From Pseudomonadota bacterium (GTDB lineage Bacteria; Pseudomonadota; Gammaproteobacteria; Burkholderiales; Burkholderiaceae_D): DNA of 64,000 bases. The position numbers were made by a program, and so were the translations under genes. The stretch lies in contig JAZJYP010000075.1 of NCBI GenBank assembly GCA_040390345.1, forward strand, positions 1,121 to 65,120, read 5' to 3'. The notes below the pieces were generated by a model that was not told where the DNA came from, made no database searches, and was given only the letters and a program-made list of their open reading frames with translations. Below, one piece after another: positions 17,894 to 27,454 of the stretch. Each line of letters opens with the position of its first letter. Within the stretch, counting starts at the first letter, position 1.

Positions 17894-19557
17894 GCCCTCT
17901 GCTCCAGCGCTTGCGCATCGGACCCAAGCTGCTGCTCGCCCCCGGCCTGGCCCTGTGCCTGCTGCTCATGCTCTCGGGCGCGGCCGGCTATGGCATGCTG
18001 CGCCAGAACGCCACGCTCGACAATATGGTCGAGGTGCGCGCGGCGCGCCTGAAGGCCGCCGCCGAGATCGCCGGCGACGCCAAGTTCGCGCATGCCCAGG
18101 TCTACCAGCTGCTGGCCTGGGTCAATGGCAGCTTCGCCAAGGCCAGGCTCGACACCCTGGTCAAGGACATCAATGGCCGCCACGCCAGCCTGGCCGCCCA
18201 GCTCAATCAATTGGCCCAGGTGGCCGCCAGCGACGAACGCGCCCTCGTCGAGGCCTCCGCCACCGCACTGGCCGGCTACCACAAGCGCATCGGCGAGACC
18301 ATCGACATGGCGGCCGTGGACTGGTCGATCGCCACCAATGCGATGGTGCGCGCCGAACAGCAGTTCGAGGTGCTGAACTCCCAGCTGGCCGCCCTGTCGC
18401 AACTGGAAACGGCATTGAACAGCCGCGCCCACGCGCGCGCGCAGGCCGAATTCCATGACCTGGCCATCACCATGGGCGCACTGGTGCTGCTGTCGATTGC
18501 CCTGGCGCTGCTGGCCACCTTCCTGGTGCGGCGCGCCATGCTGGCCGATATCCGCGGCATCGCCGATACTGTCGCCGAACTGGCCGCGGGCCACCTGGTG
18601 GCCGGCCGGGCCCACCAGGGACGCGACGAAATCGCCGACACCGCGCGCGCCCTCGACCGCACCATTGCCACGCTCTCGAACACACTGCGCAGCGTGCTCG
18701 CGTCGGTGCACTCGATCGACTGCGCCTCGCAGGAAATTGCCAGCGGCAACCTGGACCTGTCGCAGCGCACCGAGCTGCAGGCGGCCTCGCTCGAACAAAC
18801 CGCCAGCAACGTCGACGCCCTCACCGAGGCCGTGCGCGACAACGCCGCCACGGCGCGGCGCGCCAACGAACAGGCGGCCAACGCGGCGCGCCTGGCCGAC
18901 AGCGGCGGCCAGGCCGTGCAGCGCGCGGTGGCCAGCATGGCCACGATCAAGGCCAGTTCGCACAAGGTCGTCGAGATCATCGGCGTGATCGACGCGATCG
19001 CCTTCCAGACCAATATCCTGGCGCTGAACGCCGCCGTCGAGGCGGCGCGCGCCGGCGACCAGGGCCGCGGCTTTGCCGTCGTCGCCGCCGAAGTACGCAC
19101 CCTGGCGCAGCGCTCGGCGGCGGCCGCGCGCGAGATCAAGACCCTGATCGTCGCCTCCTCGTCGACCATCGACGCGGGCAGCGCCGCGGTCGACCAGGCC
19201 GGCAGCAGCATGGACGACATCGTCGCCTCGGTGCGCGACGTCAGCCTGCTGATCGAACGCATCAGCGTGGCCAGTTCGGAACAGGCCGAGGGCATCGCCG
19301 GCGTCAACCGCGCGGTGAGCCAGATGGACGATATGACACAGCAGAACGCCGCCCTGGTGGAGCAGGCAGCGGCGGCCGCAGCCAGCCTGCACGACCAGAC
19401 CGAGATGCTGGCGCGCGCCGTGGCGGTGTTTCGCATTGACGGCATGCCCGAACGGCGCGCGCCGGGCAGCCCGATGCGCCTGGGCGAACCGGCGCGCGCG
19501 CAAGCGCGAACCGGCCAGGCCGAAGCGCCACGGCAGCGGGCTACAGCGCAAGCTTGA
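17890..19557 (+). CDS. methyl-accepting chemotaxis protein (4HB-type periplasmic domain, HAMP, MA domain)
   Basis: The highly conserved signalling hairpin ([44 protein letters not shown]) is present. The protein has two TM segments. Its start overlaps the Cache ORF stop as ATGA. Confidence 0.9.
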   Translation: MSPLLQRLRIGPKLLLAPGLALCLLLMLSGAAGYGMLRQNATLDNMVEVRAARLKAAAEIAGDAKFAHAQVYQLLAWVNGSFAKARLDTLVKDINGRHASLAAQLNQLAQVAASDERALVEASATALAGYHKRIGETIDMAAVDWSIATNAMVRAEQQFEVLNSQLAALSQLETALNSRAHARAQAEFHDLAITMGALVLLSIALALLATFLVRRAMLADIRGIADTVAELAAGHLVAGRAHQGRDEIADTARALDRTIATLSNTLRSVLASVHSIDCASQEIASGNLDLSQRTELQAASLEQTASNVDALTEAVRDNAATARRANEQAANAARLADSGGQAVQRAVASMATIKASSHKVVEIIGVIDAIAFQTNILALNAAVEAARAGDQGRGFAVVAAEVRTLAQRSAAAAREIKTLIVASSSTIDAGSAAVDQAGSSMDDIVASVRDVSLLIERISVASSEQAEGIAGVNRAVSQMDDMTQQNAALVEQAAAAAASLHDQTEMLARAVAVFRIDGMPERRAPGSPMRLGEPARAQARTGQAEAPRQRATAQA

Positions 19558-19745
19558 TAACCATGCAAGATATGCGCAATCATGGCTACGCTTTGGCCAC
19601 GCCGCGGCGCAAGTTAATTTCCGGGCAAGGTTATCGCCTGCATGCGACAAAATCAGCGCCAGGCCAAGCGTGAGGGGGCGCTCTGGTTTATAGTGTGGGA
19701 CTGACGGGGCCCGCTGAGTGGCCCCGCCGTTGATTGCCTTCGCCC

Positions 19746-20609
19746 ATGAGTAAAGCAGCAGCTGCAGCGGCCCCGGCCGCCGATCCCGTCGACGCCCTGA
19801 TCAAGTCGATCCGCATTCCTCCGCGGCCGAGTTTGCTCGCCGACCTGCAGCGCGAACTGCTCGCGCCCGATCCCCAGCCGCAGTCCATTGCCCGCATCAT
19901 TTCGAGCGATGTCGGCATGTCCGGCGCCCTGCTCAAGCTGGCCAATTCCTCGTTCTACGGCGGCGCGCGCAAGGCCAAGTCGATCGAACAGGCCATCCTT
20001 TTCCTGGGCATCAACCAGGTCGCGGCCCTGATGACGGGCTTGCTCGCGCGCGCAGCCATCCCCACCGACAATGCAGCCCTGGCCAGCTTCTGGGATATTT
20101 CGACGCGGCGCGCCCAGGCCATCGTCTATCTGTCGCGCCGCCTGCGCATTGGCGAGCCCGACGTGGCCCATACCTTCGGCCTGTTCTGCGACACCGGCGT
20201 GCCGCTGCTGATGGACCGCTTCCCCAATTACGCGGCCACCTTTGCCGCCGCCGGCGAAGACCTGGAGCGTCCTTTCACGGCCACCGAAGACGCCGCCCAC
20301 AGCACCAACCACGCCGCCATCGGCTGCCTGCTGGCGCGCAACTGGGGCCTGTCCTCGGAGGTGACCTGGGCCATCCTGCACCACCACGATTACGACGTGC
20401 TCGAAGACGGCGCCACCCCCGACGCCGTGCGCTCGCTGGTGGCCCTGTCCCTGCTGGCCGAGGCGGCCCTCCAGCACTACCAGGGCAATGCCGATTCGCT
20501 CGAATGGGCCAAGGGCGGCGCCCGCGCCTGTGCCCACCTGGGCCTGTCCGACGCCGAGACGACCGACCTGCTCGACGAGCTGCACGAATCCTTCCACGCC
20601 GAGCACTAG
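19746..20609 (+). CDS. HDOD domain protein
   Basis: The segments GALLKLANSSFYG...SIEQAILFLGINQV and TEDAAHSTNHAAIGCLLARNWGL are HDOD signatures. Confidence 0.8.
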   Translation: MSKAAAAAAPAADPVDALIKSIRIPPRPSLLADLQRELLAPDPQPQSIARIISSDVGMSGALLKLANSSFYGGARKAKSIEQAILFLGINQVAALMTGLLARAAIPTDNAALASFWDISTRRAQAIVYLSRRLRIGEPDVAHTFGLFCDTGVPLLMDRFPNYAATFAAAGEDLERPFTATEDAAHSTNHAAIGCLLARNWGLSSEVTWAILHHHDYDVLEDGATPDAVRSLVALSLLAEAALQHYQGNADSLEWAKGGARACAHLGLSDAETTDLLDELHESFHAEH

Positions 20610-20688
20610 ACAGGCGGGCCGCACAGGACGATACTGAAGGCAAGATGCCGCCGTGGAGCGGCTTCTCACCGAAGTGACGGAGGCTGTG

Positions 20689-21855
20689 ATGAAGACCCTG
20701 GCGATTTTCCTGCTGTGCCTGTTCCTGAGCGCTTGCGCCACGTCCCTGCCGCCGCCGCCGTCGCCCCTGCAACTGGCCGACGATTCGCGCTTTGGCCCGC
20801 CCAATGAAGCGATCAACCCGGAAGAACTGTTTACCCTCAGCCCCGAGATGCGCAACTATGTGCGCAGCCCCGTGTTTGCCAACCACATCCGCAACAAGGG
20901 CGAGCGCGGCCTGATCGAAGCGCTCTACCAGAAAGGGGAACTGAAGCTCGAATACGATTCCTCGCGCACGCGCAACGCCGCCGAAACCTTCGCCGCCAAG
21001 AGCGGCAATTGCCTGTCGCTGGTGATCATGACGGCCGCCATCGCCAAGGAACTCAATATGCAGGTGTTCTACCAGAACGTCATGGTGGACGAGACCTGGA
21101 GCCGCAAGAACGGCCTGTACTTCGCCAGCACCCACGTCAACCTGACCTTCGGACGGCGCTCGACCGAACAGATCCATTCCTACGATGCCGGCATCACCAT
21201 GCTCACGGTCGACTTCCTGCCCGCCGAAGACGTGGCCGGCTACCGCACCCACACGGTCGATGAGGGCACCTTGATTGCCATGTACATGAACAACAAGGCA
21301 GCCGAGGCGATCGCCCAGGACCGCCTCAACGACGCCTACTGGTGGGCGCGCCGCGCCGCCATCGAGCATCCGGCCTATATCACCGCCTACAACACGCTCG
21401 GCGTGGTCTATCAGCGCCACGGCGACCATGCGCTGGCCGAGCGGGCCTTCCGCCTGGCGCTCGAACGCGAACCGCAAAACCTGGTCACGATGCAAAACCT
21501 GGTGCCGGTGCTCACGGCCCAGGGCAAGACGGTCGAAGCGAAGGCCCTGCAAACGAAGATCGCCAGCATCGAGCCCTTCCCACCGTTCTACTATTTCGAC
21601 CTGGGCACCAAGGCCATGGCCGCACACGACTGGGCCAAGGCAAAAACCCTGTTCAGCAAGGAAGTGGCGCGCATGCCCTACTACCACGAGTTTCACTTCT
21701 GGCTGGGGCTGTCGATGTTCATGCTCGGCGAGCAGGGCGACGCGCGCGAGCAGCTGAACCTGGCGATCGAAACGAGCACCTCGCCGGACAATCGCAATCG
21801 TTATGCGGCCAAGCTGGCCCATTTGCGCTCGCTCGCGCCCAATCGCTTCAACTAA
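20689..21855 (+). CDS. lipoprotein with transglutaminase-like N-domain and TPR repeats
   Basis: There is a lipobox (FLSAC) after the ATG at 20689 with GGAGG upstream. GNCLSLV is a Cys-containing transglutaminase-like motif. C-terminal TPR-like repeats are present (AYNTLGVVYQRHGDHALAERAFRLALE). Confidence 0.6.
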   Translation: MKTLAIFLLCLFLSACATSLPPPPSPLQLADDSRFGPPNEAINPEELFTLSPEMRNYVRSPVFANHIRNKGERGLIEALYQKGELKLEYDSSRTRNAAETFAAKSGNCLSLVIMTAAIAKELNMQVFYQNVMVDETWSRKNGLYFASTHVNLTFGRRSTEQIHSYDAGITMLTVDFLPAEDVAGYRTHTVDEGTLIAMYMNNKAAEAIAQDRLNDAYWWARRAAIEHPAYITAYNTLGVVYQRHGDHALAERAFRLALEREPQNLVTMQNLVPVLTAQGKTVEAKALQTKIASIEPFPPFYYFDLGTKAMAAHDWAKAKTLFSKEVARMPYYHEFHFWLGLSMFMLGEQGDAREQLNLAIETSTSPDNRNRYAAKLAHLRSLAPNRFN

Positions 21856-22568
21856 AATTGACCGGCGGCGGCCAGCAAACGCGTGCGGATGGCCACGATG
21901 CTGCCATCGGCCTGCATGGCCGCCAGTACCTGCTCCAGGCGCGGTACCAGGGCGACATGCTGTTTGTGCAGGTAATGGAATAGCTGCACGCGTTCGAGCG
22001 ACGGCTGCAGCGTCACGATGCCATGGCCCGGCATGGTCGCGAGCAGTTGGCGCGCTTCGATATCGGGCATGAGGGCGATATCGGTACGCCCGCCGATCAA
22101 TTTGCGCAGCACCAGTTCGTTGGAGGCCGCCATATCGATTTTCATCCCGCGCGTGCCTTGCTCGAACACGACAATGCCGCGGTGAAATCCGATCGTATAG
22201 GGCCGCAGGCTGTTCCACCCGGCGGGCACGAATTGCGCCGTGCGGGTGAGCACGACAATGTCGAAATAATTGACCGGCACCTTGACCTGGACCAGGTCGG
22301 GATAGCTGCTCGACAGGCCGCCTACACGCTGCAATTCGCCATCGGTCAAGCCTTCGGCCGACTCGGCCAGCGCACGCGCGGCGGGGCGCTCGCGAAATAT
22401 GACCGGCACATGCAGGCGCCCATACGCTTCGGTGAGGATGGCGCGCCCGATCTGTTCGACCAGCATGCCCCTGTCGACCGCGGCAATGGTCATCGGGGCG
22501 GCAGCGGCGAAGGCAGCCCAGGCCATCAGGATCGCCCACCCGCAGGGCAAGACTAATCTCAATAGCAT
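21852..22568 (-). CDS. orphan periplasmic solute-binding protein (family 3-like)
   Basis: It has a signal peptide and the size and pattern of amino-acid ABC binding proteins. No permease or ATPase gene is nearby. Confidence 0.55.
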   Translation of the reverse strand: MLLRLVLPCGWAILMAWAAFAAAAPMTIAAVDRGMLVEQIGRAILTEAYGRLHVPVIFRERPAARALAESAEGLTDGELQRVGGLSSSYPDLVQVKVPVNYFDIVVLTRTAQFVPAGWNSLRPYTIGFHRGIVVFEQGTRGMKIDMAASNELVLRKLIGGRTDIALMPDIEARQLLATMPGHGIVTLQPSLERVQLFHYLHKQHVALVPRLEQVLAAMQADGSIVAIRTRLLAAAGQF

Positions 22569-23019
22569 CGGCGCGATCCCTGGAGAAGAGGCAAGACATC
22601 AGTATCCGCCCAATCCCGTCCCGCTTCAAGCGCTGCCGGCCAAGCCATTCAGGGCGCCACCGGGAACGGGATCTTACGGCTACGGCAGTAAATTTTATCA
22701 AAAATACAATGTTTATTATCTACACTTTTTCCCTATTTTGTTAATATTTGAACACTTCGTGAGCGGTGAAATCGATAATAATTTGCCTACAGAAATTATT
22801 CACACTTCGAACCGGTTTTAGTCACATCGCCGAGCCAAGAACAAGCATAAAAACAAGGCTTTAGGCAAGTTTTTGGGTGTTGCAAAACCTAAATTTATTT
22901 TGATATTTATCTACCAAGTGCGATGCGTATATCGCAACGAAACTTTTCCTTATGCTATTCTTTCCGTCACGTCATTTGATGACCGCACGGCGGGTGGCCG
23001 ATCCCACCCTTTCTTTGAC

Positions 23020-23050
23020 AGCCCGACTTACGGAGCCGGGCTATTTTTTT
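23020..23050 (+). terminator. intrinsic-terminator-like hairpin in the leader of the PEP-CTERM metalloprotease gene
   Basis: AGCCCG-(11 nt loop)-CGGGCT is followed by ATTTTTTT and ends 30 nt before the GTG start. A second hairpin, GGGTGG-N6-CCACCC + TTTCTTT, lies at 22992-23016. Confidence 0.45.
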
Positions 23051-23079
23051 GAATAATGATAAAAATGGAGAGTTTCAAC

Positions 23080-24345
23080 GTGAAGAAGTCTATCGTCCTG
23101 AAAGTGGGCGCCGCTGCTGTCGCAGCCGCCCTCGCCGCACCTAGCTTCGCAGCCAACATCGTGCTGCATGACACCACCGGCAGCTTCTCGACCGCGCCGA
23201 ACGGTGCCGCCGCACTGCTGGCCTTCCAGAAAGCTGCAAACTTCTGGAACCAGACCCTGACCAACAATGCCACCATCGACATCCAGATCGGCTTCAAGCC
23301 GCTGGGCACCGGCATCCTTGGCAGCACTGGCAGTACCCGTCAAGACGTTTCCGTCAGCAGCGTCTATGGCGCGCTGGCCGCGACCGGCAATAGCGCCCTG
23401 GACGTTTCGGCCGTTTCCCACCTGGTCCCGCTGAATCAGGGCGGTTTGACCGATGTTCGCGTCAATGCCTATCTGAACGCTGCGACCCAGACCGGCATCG
23501 ATCCAACCAAGGCCAGCCGTATCCTGCCGTCGAACGTGTATGCCAGCCATTATCTGTATGCCAACACCTCGGTGATGAAAGCGCTGAACCTGCCAACGGC
23601 CACGCACACCTTTGATGCCAGCATCACGTTCAGCTCGTCTTTTGCCTTTGACTTCAACCCAACTAACGGCATCGACAACGGCAAATATGATTTCACCGCT
23701 GTCGCAGTGCACGAACTGGGCCACGCGCTGGGCTTTGTCTCTGGCGCCGATTTCTATGACGTCTACGGTGGCAAAGGCCCTGGTGCCGCGTCCTTCGGCA
23801 ATGGTGATACCTGGAACGACGAATCGGTTGGCAGCACACTCGACCTGTTCCGCTACAGCGCCACGCCGGAAGGCAATGGTACGCGCGACCGCATGTGGGG
23901 CGCCAACAAGACCGCTTTCTTCTCCATCGATGGCGGTGCCAGCGTATATAACCTGCCAGATACCAACCAGGAAGCCGCGTTCTTCTCGACCGGCTCTTAC
24001 AACGGCGACGGCAACCAGGCCAGCCATTGGAAAGACAACCTGGCCGTGCTGGACTTGGGCGCCCAGTGCTACCTGAGCACCCGCGCAGTCGGCATCATGG
24101 ACCCAACGATGGCTGCCTGCGCCAACGGCATCGTCACCGGCAACGACCTGGCCGCTTTCGACGCGATGGGCTGGAACCTGAGCCAGAACATTCTGGCCAA
24201 CCCAGGCTACGCTGAAACCACGGCACAGATCTACGCCCGTGACGGCCTGGCCCAGGCTGTGCCGGAACCAGAAACCTATGCCATGCTGCTCGCTGGCCTG
24301 GGCCTGACCGCTTTCGCTGCACGCCGCCGCAAAGCCGCCAAGTAA
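23080..24345 (+). CDS. secreted zinc metalloprotease with PEP-CTERM sorting signal
   Basis: GTG at 23080 follows GGAG. It has a signal peptide (KKSIVLKVGAAAVAAALAAPSFA) and an HExxH site (AVHELGHALGF). The C-terminus VPEPETYAMLLAGLGLTAFAARRRK is a canonical PEP-CTERM signal. Confidence 0.8.
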   Translation: MKKSIVLKVGAAAVAAALAAPSFAANIVLHDTTGSFSTAPNGAAALLAFQKAANFWNQTLTNNATIDIQIGFKPLGTGILGSTGSTRQDVSVSSVYGALAATGNSALDVSAVSHLVPLNQGGLTDVRVNAYLNAATQTGIDPTKASRILPSNVYASHYLYANTSVMKALNLPTATHTFDASITFSSSFAFDFNPTNGIDNGKYDFTAVAVHELGHALGFVSGADFYDVYGGKGPGAASFGNGDTWNDESVGSTLDLFRYSATPEGNGTRDRMWGANKTAFFSIDGGASVYNLPDTNQEAAFFSTGSYNGDGNQASHWKDNLAVLDLGAQCYLSTRAVGIMDPTMAACANGIVTGNDLAAFDAMGWNLSQNILANPGYAETTAQIYARDGLAQAVPEPETYAMLLAGLGLTAFAARRRKAAK

Positions 24346-24375
24346 TTCCCTGCGGCCGCGCGAGCGGCTGTCCCG

Positions 24376-24416
24376 ACGCCGCCACAGCTTCACGGTTGTG
24401 GCGGCGTTGTACGTTT
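24376..24416 (+). terminator. hairpin terminator after the metalloprotease gene
   Basis: ACGCCGCCACA-(10 nt)-TGTGGCGGCGT forms an 11-bp stem, followed by a weak T-containing tail. Confidence 0.45.
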
Positions 24417-24533
24417 ACGTCAACGCAACACATTGTGCTACAACATAGCAAAAAATAATTCCTCACGAAGGCATAATTGCTGTAAATTTACGGATACTCT
24501 TTAAGCAACAATCCCTGCGAAAGGAAGTTCCGA

Positions 24534-25637
24534 ATGCGCCCTGCCCTGCACTGCTGCCTCCTCGTCCTGATCCTGTCCGGCTGCGAAGCGCTGGCCGCCA
24601 CGCGCCCGCTGGGCATCGTCGCGCCGGGCGGCGAATCGACCATTGCCTACGACATCAATGGTGCGGGCCAGGTCGCCGCCGTGCTCGAAGACGAGGATGG
24701 CCACCAGCGCGGCGTGCTCTACGAAAAGGGCAAGATCACCGAACTCGGGTCGCTCGGCGGCATGTACAGCGATGCGCGCCGTATCAACGAACGCGGTGAA
24801 ATCGTCGGCTCTGCGCGCAAAGCCGACGGCAGCTGGAGCGCCTTCCTGTTCGACCGTGCCGGCGGCATGCGCGTGCTCGGCACCCTGGGCGGCCCCAGCA
24901 GCTACGGCATGGCCCTGAACCAGCAGGGCGAGGCGGTCGGTTTCGCCGACACCACCAGCGGCGACTGGCACGCCTTCTTCCAGCATCCGGGCGCGGCCAT
25001 GAAGGACCTGGGCACCCTGGGCGGCAAGATCAGCTATGCGGCCGGTATCAACCAGCAGGGCCAGGTGGTGGGCACGGCATCGCTGGCCACTGAATACCGC
25101 CACGCCTTCCTGTATGACCCGGTCCTGGGCATGGTCGACCTGGGCACCCTGGGCGGGCGTTCCAGCTCGGCCACCGCCATCAACGACAGCGGCATGATCG
25201 TCGGCGCCTCCGAAACGGAAGAACGGCGCTGGCACGCCTTCGTCTACGACGGCCAGAAGATGATCGACCTCGGCGCCCTGATCGGGCGCGGTGACAGCTA
25301 CGCCACCGGCATCAACAACGCCGGCCACGTCGTCGGCACCCTGCTCATTGGCGACGAACGCCTGTCCTTCGTCTGGCGCGACAACAAGATGACGGTGCAC
25401 CGCGGTGGCAAGGGCCTGCACCTGACCAATGCCATCAACGACGAGGAACTGGTCATCGGCGCCACCTATGACCGCCGCATGATCGCCGCCACGATGGTCT
25501 CGAACGCGCCGCCGGTGCGCCCGCGCGGCGGCAGCGAATTCCTGTTCATGGTGGCCCTGGTGCTGGTGCTCGCGAGCGCCACCGTCATCTACCGCAAGCG
25601 CTACCGCGGCATCCCGCTGCGCAACTACGCGCCTTGA
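24534..25637 (+). CDS. HAF-family extracellular repeat protein, paralog 1
   Basis: It contains about 7 repeats of the type A.GIN..GQVVG....(R/W)HAF.YD....M.DLGTLGG. It has an N-terminal signal/lipobox-like sequence (LSGC) and a C-terminal TM helix followed by RKRYRG. Confidence 0.8.
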   Translation: MRPALHCCLLVLILSGCEALAATRPLGIVAPGGESTIAYDINGAGQVAAVLEDEDGHQRGVLYEKGKITELGSLGGMYSDARRINERGEIVGSARKADGSWSAFLFDRAGGMRVLGTLGGPSSYGMALNQQGEAVGFADTTSGDWHAFFQHPGAAMKDLGTLGGKISYAAGINQQGQVVGTASLATEYRHAFLYDPVLGMVDLGTLGGRSSSATAINDSGMIVGASETEERRWHAFVYDGQKMIDLGALIGRGDSYATGINNAGHVVGTLLIGDERLSFVWRDNKMTVHRGGKGLHLTNAINDEELVIGATYDRRMIAATMVSNAPPVRPRGGSEFLFMVALVLVLASATVIYRKRYRGIPLRNYAP

Positions 25638-25704
25638 TATACCCACTTGAAGTCGCCGGCAACTCGGTGTTACCCTAGTAGCACCCGTCCTTTTCGACAC
25701 GATC

Positions 25705-25989
25705 ATGGCCACGACTTCACTCAAACTGTCCGATGAACTCAAACAGCGCGCCACCAGCGCCGCGCAAGAAGTAGGTATGAGCACCCATGCCTTCATGGTC
25801 GACGCGATCCGACGTGCTGCCGACGCCGTCGAAGAACGCGCTCAATTCGTCGCCCAGGCATTGGAAGCGCAAGTGGACATGGCTGAAACCGGCCTGGGAT
25901 ACGCTGCCGACGATGTGCACGCTTATCTGCGCGCGCGCCTTGCGGATCCGGAAGCGCCCAGGCCGCCTGCCAAAGCATGGCGAAAATAA
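25705..25989 (+). CDS. ribbon-helix-helix antitoxin (ParD/CopG-like)
   Basis: 94 aa. The N-terminal TSLKLSDELKQRATSAAQEVGMSTHAFMVDAI is RHH-like. It overlaps the downstream toxin gene by 13 nt. Confidence 0.65.
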   Translation: MATTSLKLSDELKQRATSAAQEVGMSTHAFMVDAIRRAADAVEERAQFVAQALEAQVDMAETGLGYAADDVHAYLRARLADPEAPRPPAKAWRK

Positions 25990-26276
25990 GCTATTCAAAG
26001 CGGGCACTGGCGGACCTTGAACGGCTCAGCGACTGTCTCGCCCCGGCGGGCCGCGCCACCCAGCTCGAAGCGCTTGACCTGATTAGCGAAGCCATCGATA
26101 TCCTCGCGCGTCATCCTTTGATGGGCCGCCCCGCTGAAGCGGGTTTGCGCGAACTCGTCATTTCACAAGGCAAGACAGGCTACATCGCTTTGTATGTGTA
26201 TGAACCGGTGCGTGACGCCGTTCTCGTGTTCTCGATTCGCCATCAACGCGAAGCCCGATTCCCCAGCCGGGTATAG
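25977..26276 (+). CDS. ParE/RelE-superfamily type II toxin
   Basis: 99 aa. YSKRALADLERL...HPLMGRP....LRELVISQGKTGYIALYVYEP....VLVFSIRHQRE is the typical ParE-family pattern. Confidence 0.75.
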   Translation: MAKISYSKRALADLERLSDCLAPAGRATQLEALDLISEAIDILARHPLMGRPAEAGLRELVISQGKTGYIALYVYEPVRDAVLVFSIRHQREARFPSRV

Positions 26277-26285
26277 TGGGCGTCC

Positions 26286-27383
26286 ATGATTCAAGCCACC
26301 TTCCGCCTCTTGCTCCTGTTCGCCGCGTTGCCGGCGAGCGCCACATCGCTCGGCATCCGTGTGCCGCCCGGCGCGTCCAGCGTGGCCTATGCCATCAATA
26401 CGAACGGCCAGGTGGCCGCTGTCGTTTCAGTCCCGAATGGGCGCCAGCGCGGTTTGCTCGTCGAGCATGGCAGGGCGACAGCCCTTGGCCTGCCAGGCGG
26501 CGGCGACAGCGACGCCCACGGCATCAATGCCGCAGGCGTGGTGGTCGGTTCGGCCACCGACGCGCAGGGCCATAGCCGCGCCTACCTGTACGACCGCGTC
26601 CACGGCATACGCACGCTCGGCACGCTGGGCGGACAGGGCAGTTACGGCATGGCCATCAATAACCGCGCGATGGTAACCGGCTTTGCCGACACAAAGACCG
26701 GCGCCTTCCACGCCTTCCTGCACGACGGCAGCACCATGCGCGACCTGGGCACCCTGGGCGGCACCTTGAGCAACGCCAGCGGCATCAACGATGCGGGCCA
26801 GGTGGTGGGCGCAGCGACCCTGCGTGACGAGCGCCGCCATGCGTTTGTCTATGACGCCGCGCGCGGCATGGTGGACCTGGGCACGCTGGGCGGAAAATCA
26901 AGCGCAGCCGCGGCCATCAACAACGCCGGCCACATCGTCGGCGCTGCCGAAACCGCAGGCGGCATCTGGCACGCTTTCATCTATGACGGCAAGCGCATGA
27001 CTGACTTGGGCGCCCTCATCGGCGCAGGCGACAGCTACGCCACCAGCATCAACCGCGCCGGCCACGTGGTGGGCACGGTGCAGGTCAAGGACGAGCGGCG
27101 CAGTTTCATCTGGCGCGACGGACAGATGATCGTGTTCCGTGGCGGCCAGGGCCTGTTTGCCGTCAACCACATCAACGATGCCGGCCAGGTGGTCGGCGCG
27201 ATCCGCGGCACCCAGCTCGAAGCGGCTATCATGAGTGCGAACGCGGTGCCAGGCGACGTGCCCAACGCCCTGCGCACGCTGCTGCCCGCTGCACTGTTTT
27301 CAGTGCTGGCCGCCGCCATCCTGGTGTTGCAGCGCAAGCGCTACCGCGGCCTGTCGTGGCGCAGCCTGTTCGAACGCCGTTAA
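26286..27383 (+). CDS. HAF-family extracellular repeat protein, paralog 2
   Basis: It has the same repeat architecture as 24534-25637 and the same TM + RKRYRG tail. Confidence 0.8.
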   Translation: MIQATFRLLLLFAALPASATSLGIRVPPGASSVAYAINTNGQVAAVVSVPNGRQRGLLVEHGRATALGLPGGGDSDAHGINAAGVVVGSATDAQGHSRAYLYDRVHGIRTLGTLGGQGSYGMAINNRAMVTGFADTKTGAFHAFLHDGSTMRDLGTLGGTLSNASGINDAGQVVGAATLRDERRHAFVYDAARGMVDLGTLGGKSSAAAAINNAGHIVGAAETAGGIWHAFIYDGKRMTDLGALIGAGDSYATSINRAGHVVGTVQVKDERRSFIWRDGQMIVFRGGQGLFAVNHINDAGQVVGAIRGTQLEAAIMSANAVPGDVPNALRTLLPAALFSVLAAAILVLQRKRYRGLSWRSLFERR

Positions 27384-27454
27384 TCCGTTTTTCACGAAGG
27401 TACGCCATCGTTGCGACCGCCTTGTCTTCCAGCGAACCGCGGGGCAGCTACCGG

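Noticed and set aside
17881-19650. A 589-aa minus-strand ORF opposite the MCP gene.
   Set aside because: The reason is the same. The MCP signalling hairpin on the + strand is diagnostic.
20275-22701. An 808-aa minus-strand ORF spanning the HDOD 3' end, the TPR lipoprotein gene and the binding-protein gene.
   Set aside because: It crosses three independently supported genes on both strands and has a Arg/Gly/Ala/His-rich composition with no motifs, so it is a shadow ORF.
22850-22900. A sigma-54 promoter (TTGCA preceded by GG) upstream of the PEP-CTERM metalloprotease.
   Set aside because: The GG and GC dinucleotides are not spaced 10 nt apart (GGCAAGTTTTTGGGTGTTGCA), so it does not fit the -24/-12 consensus.
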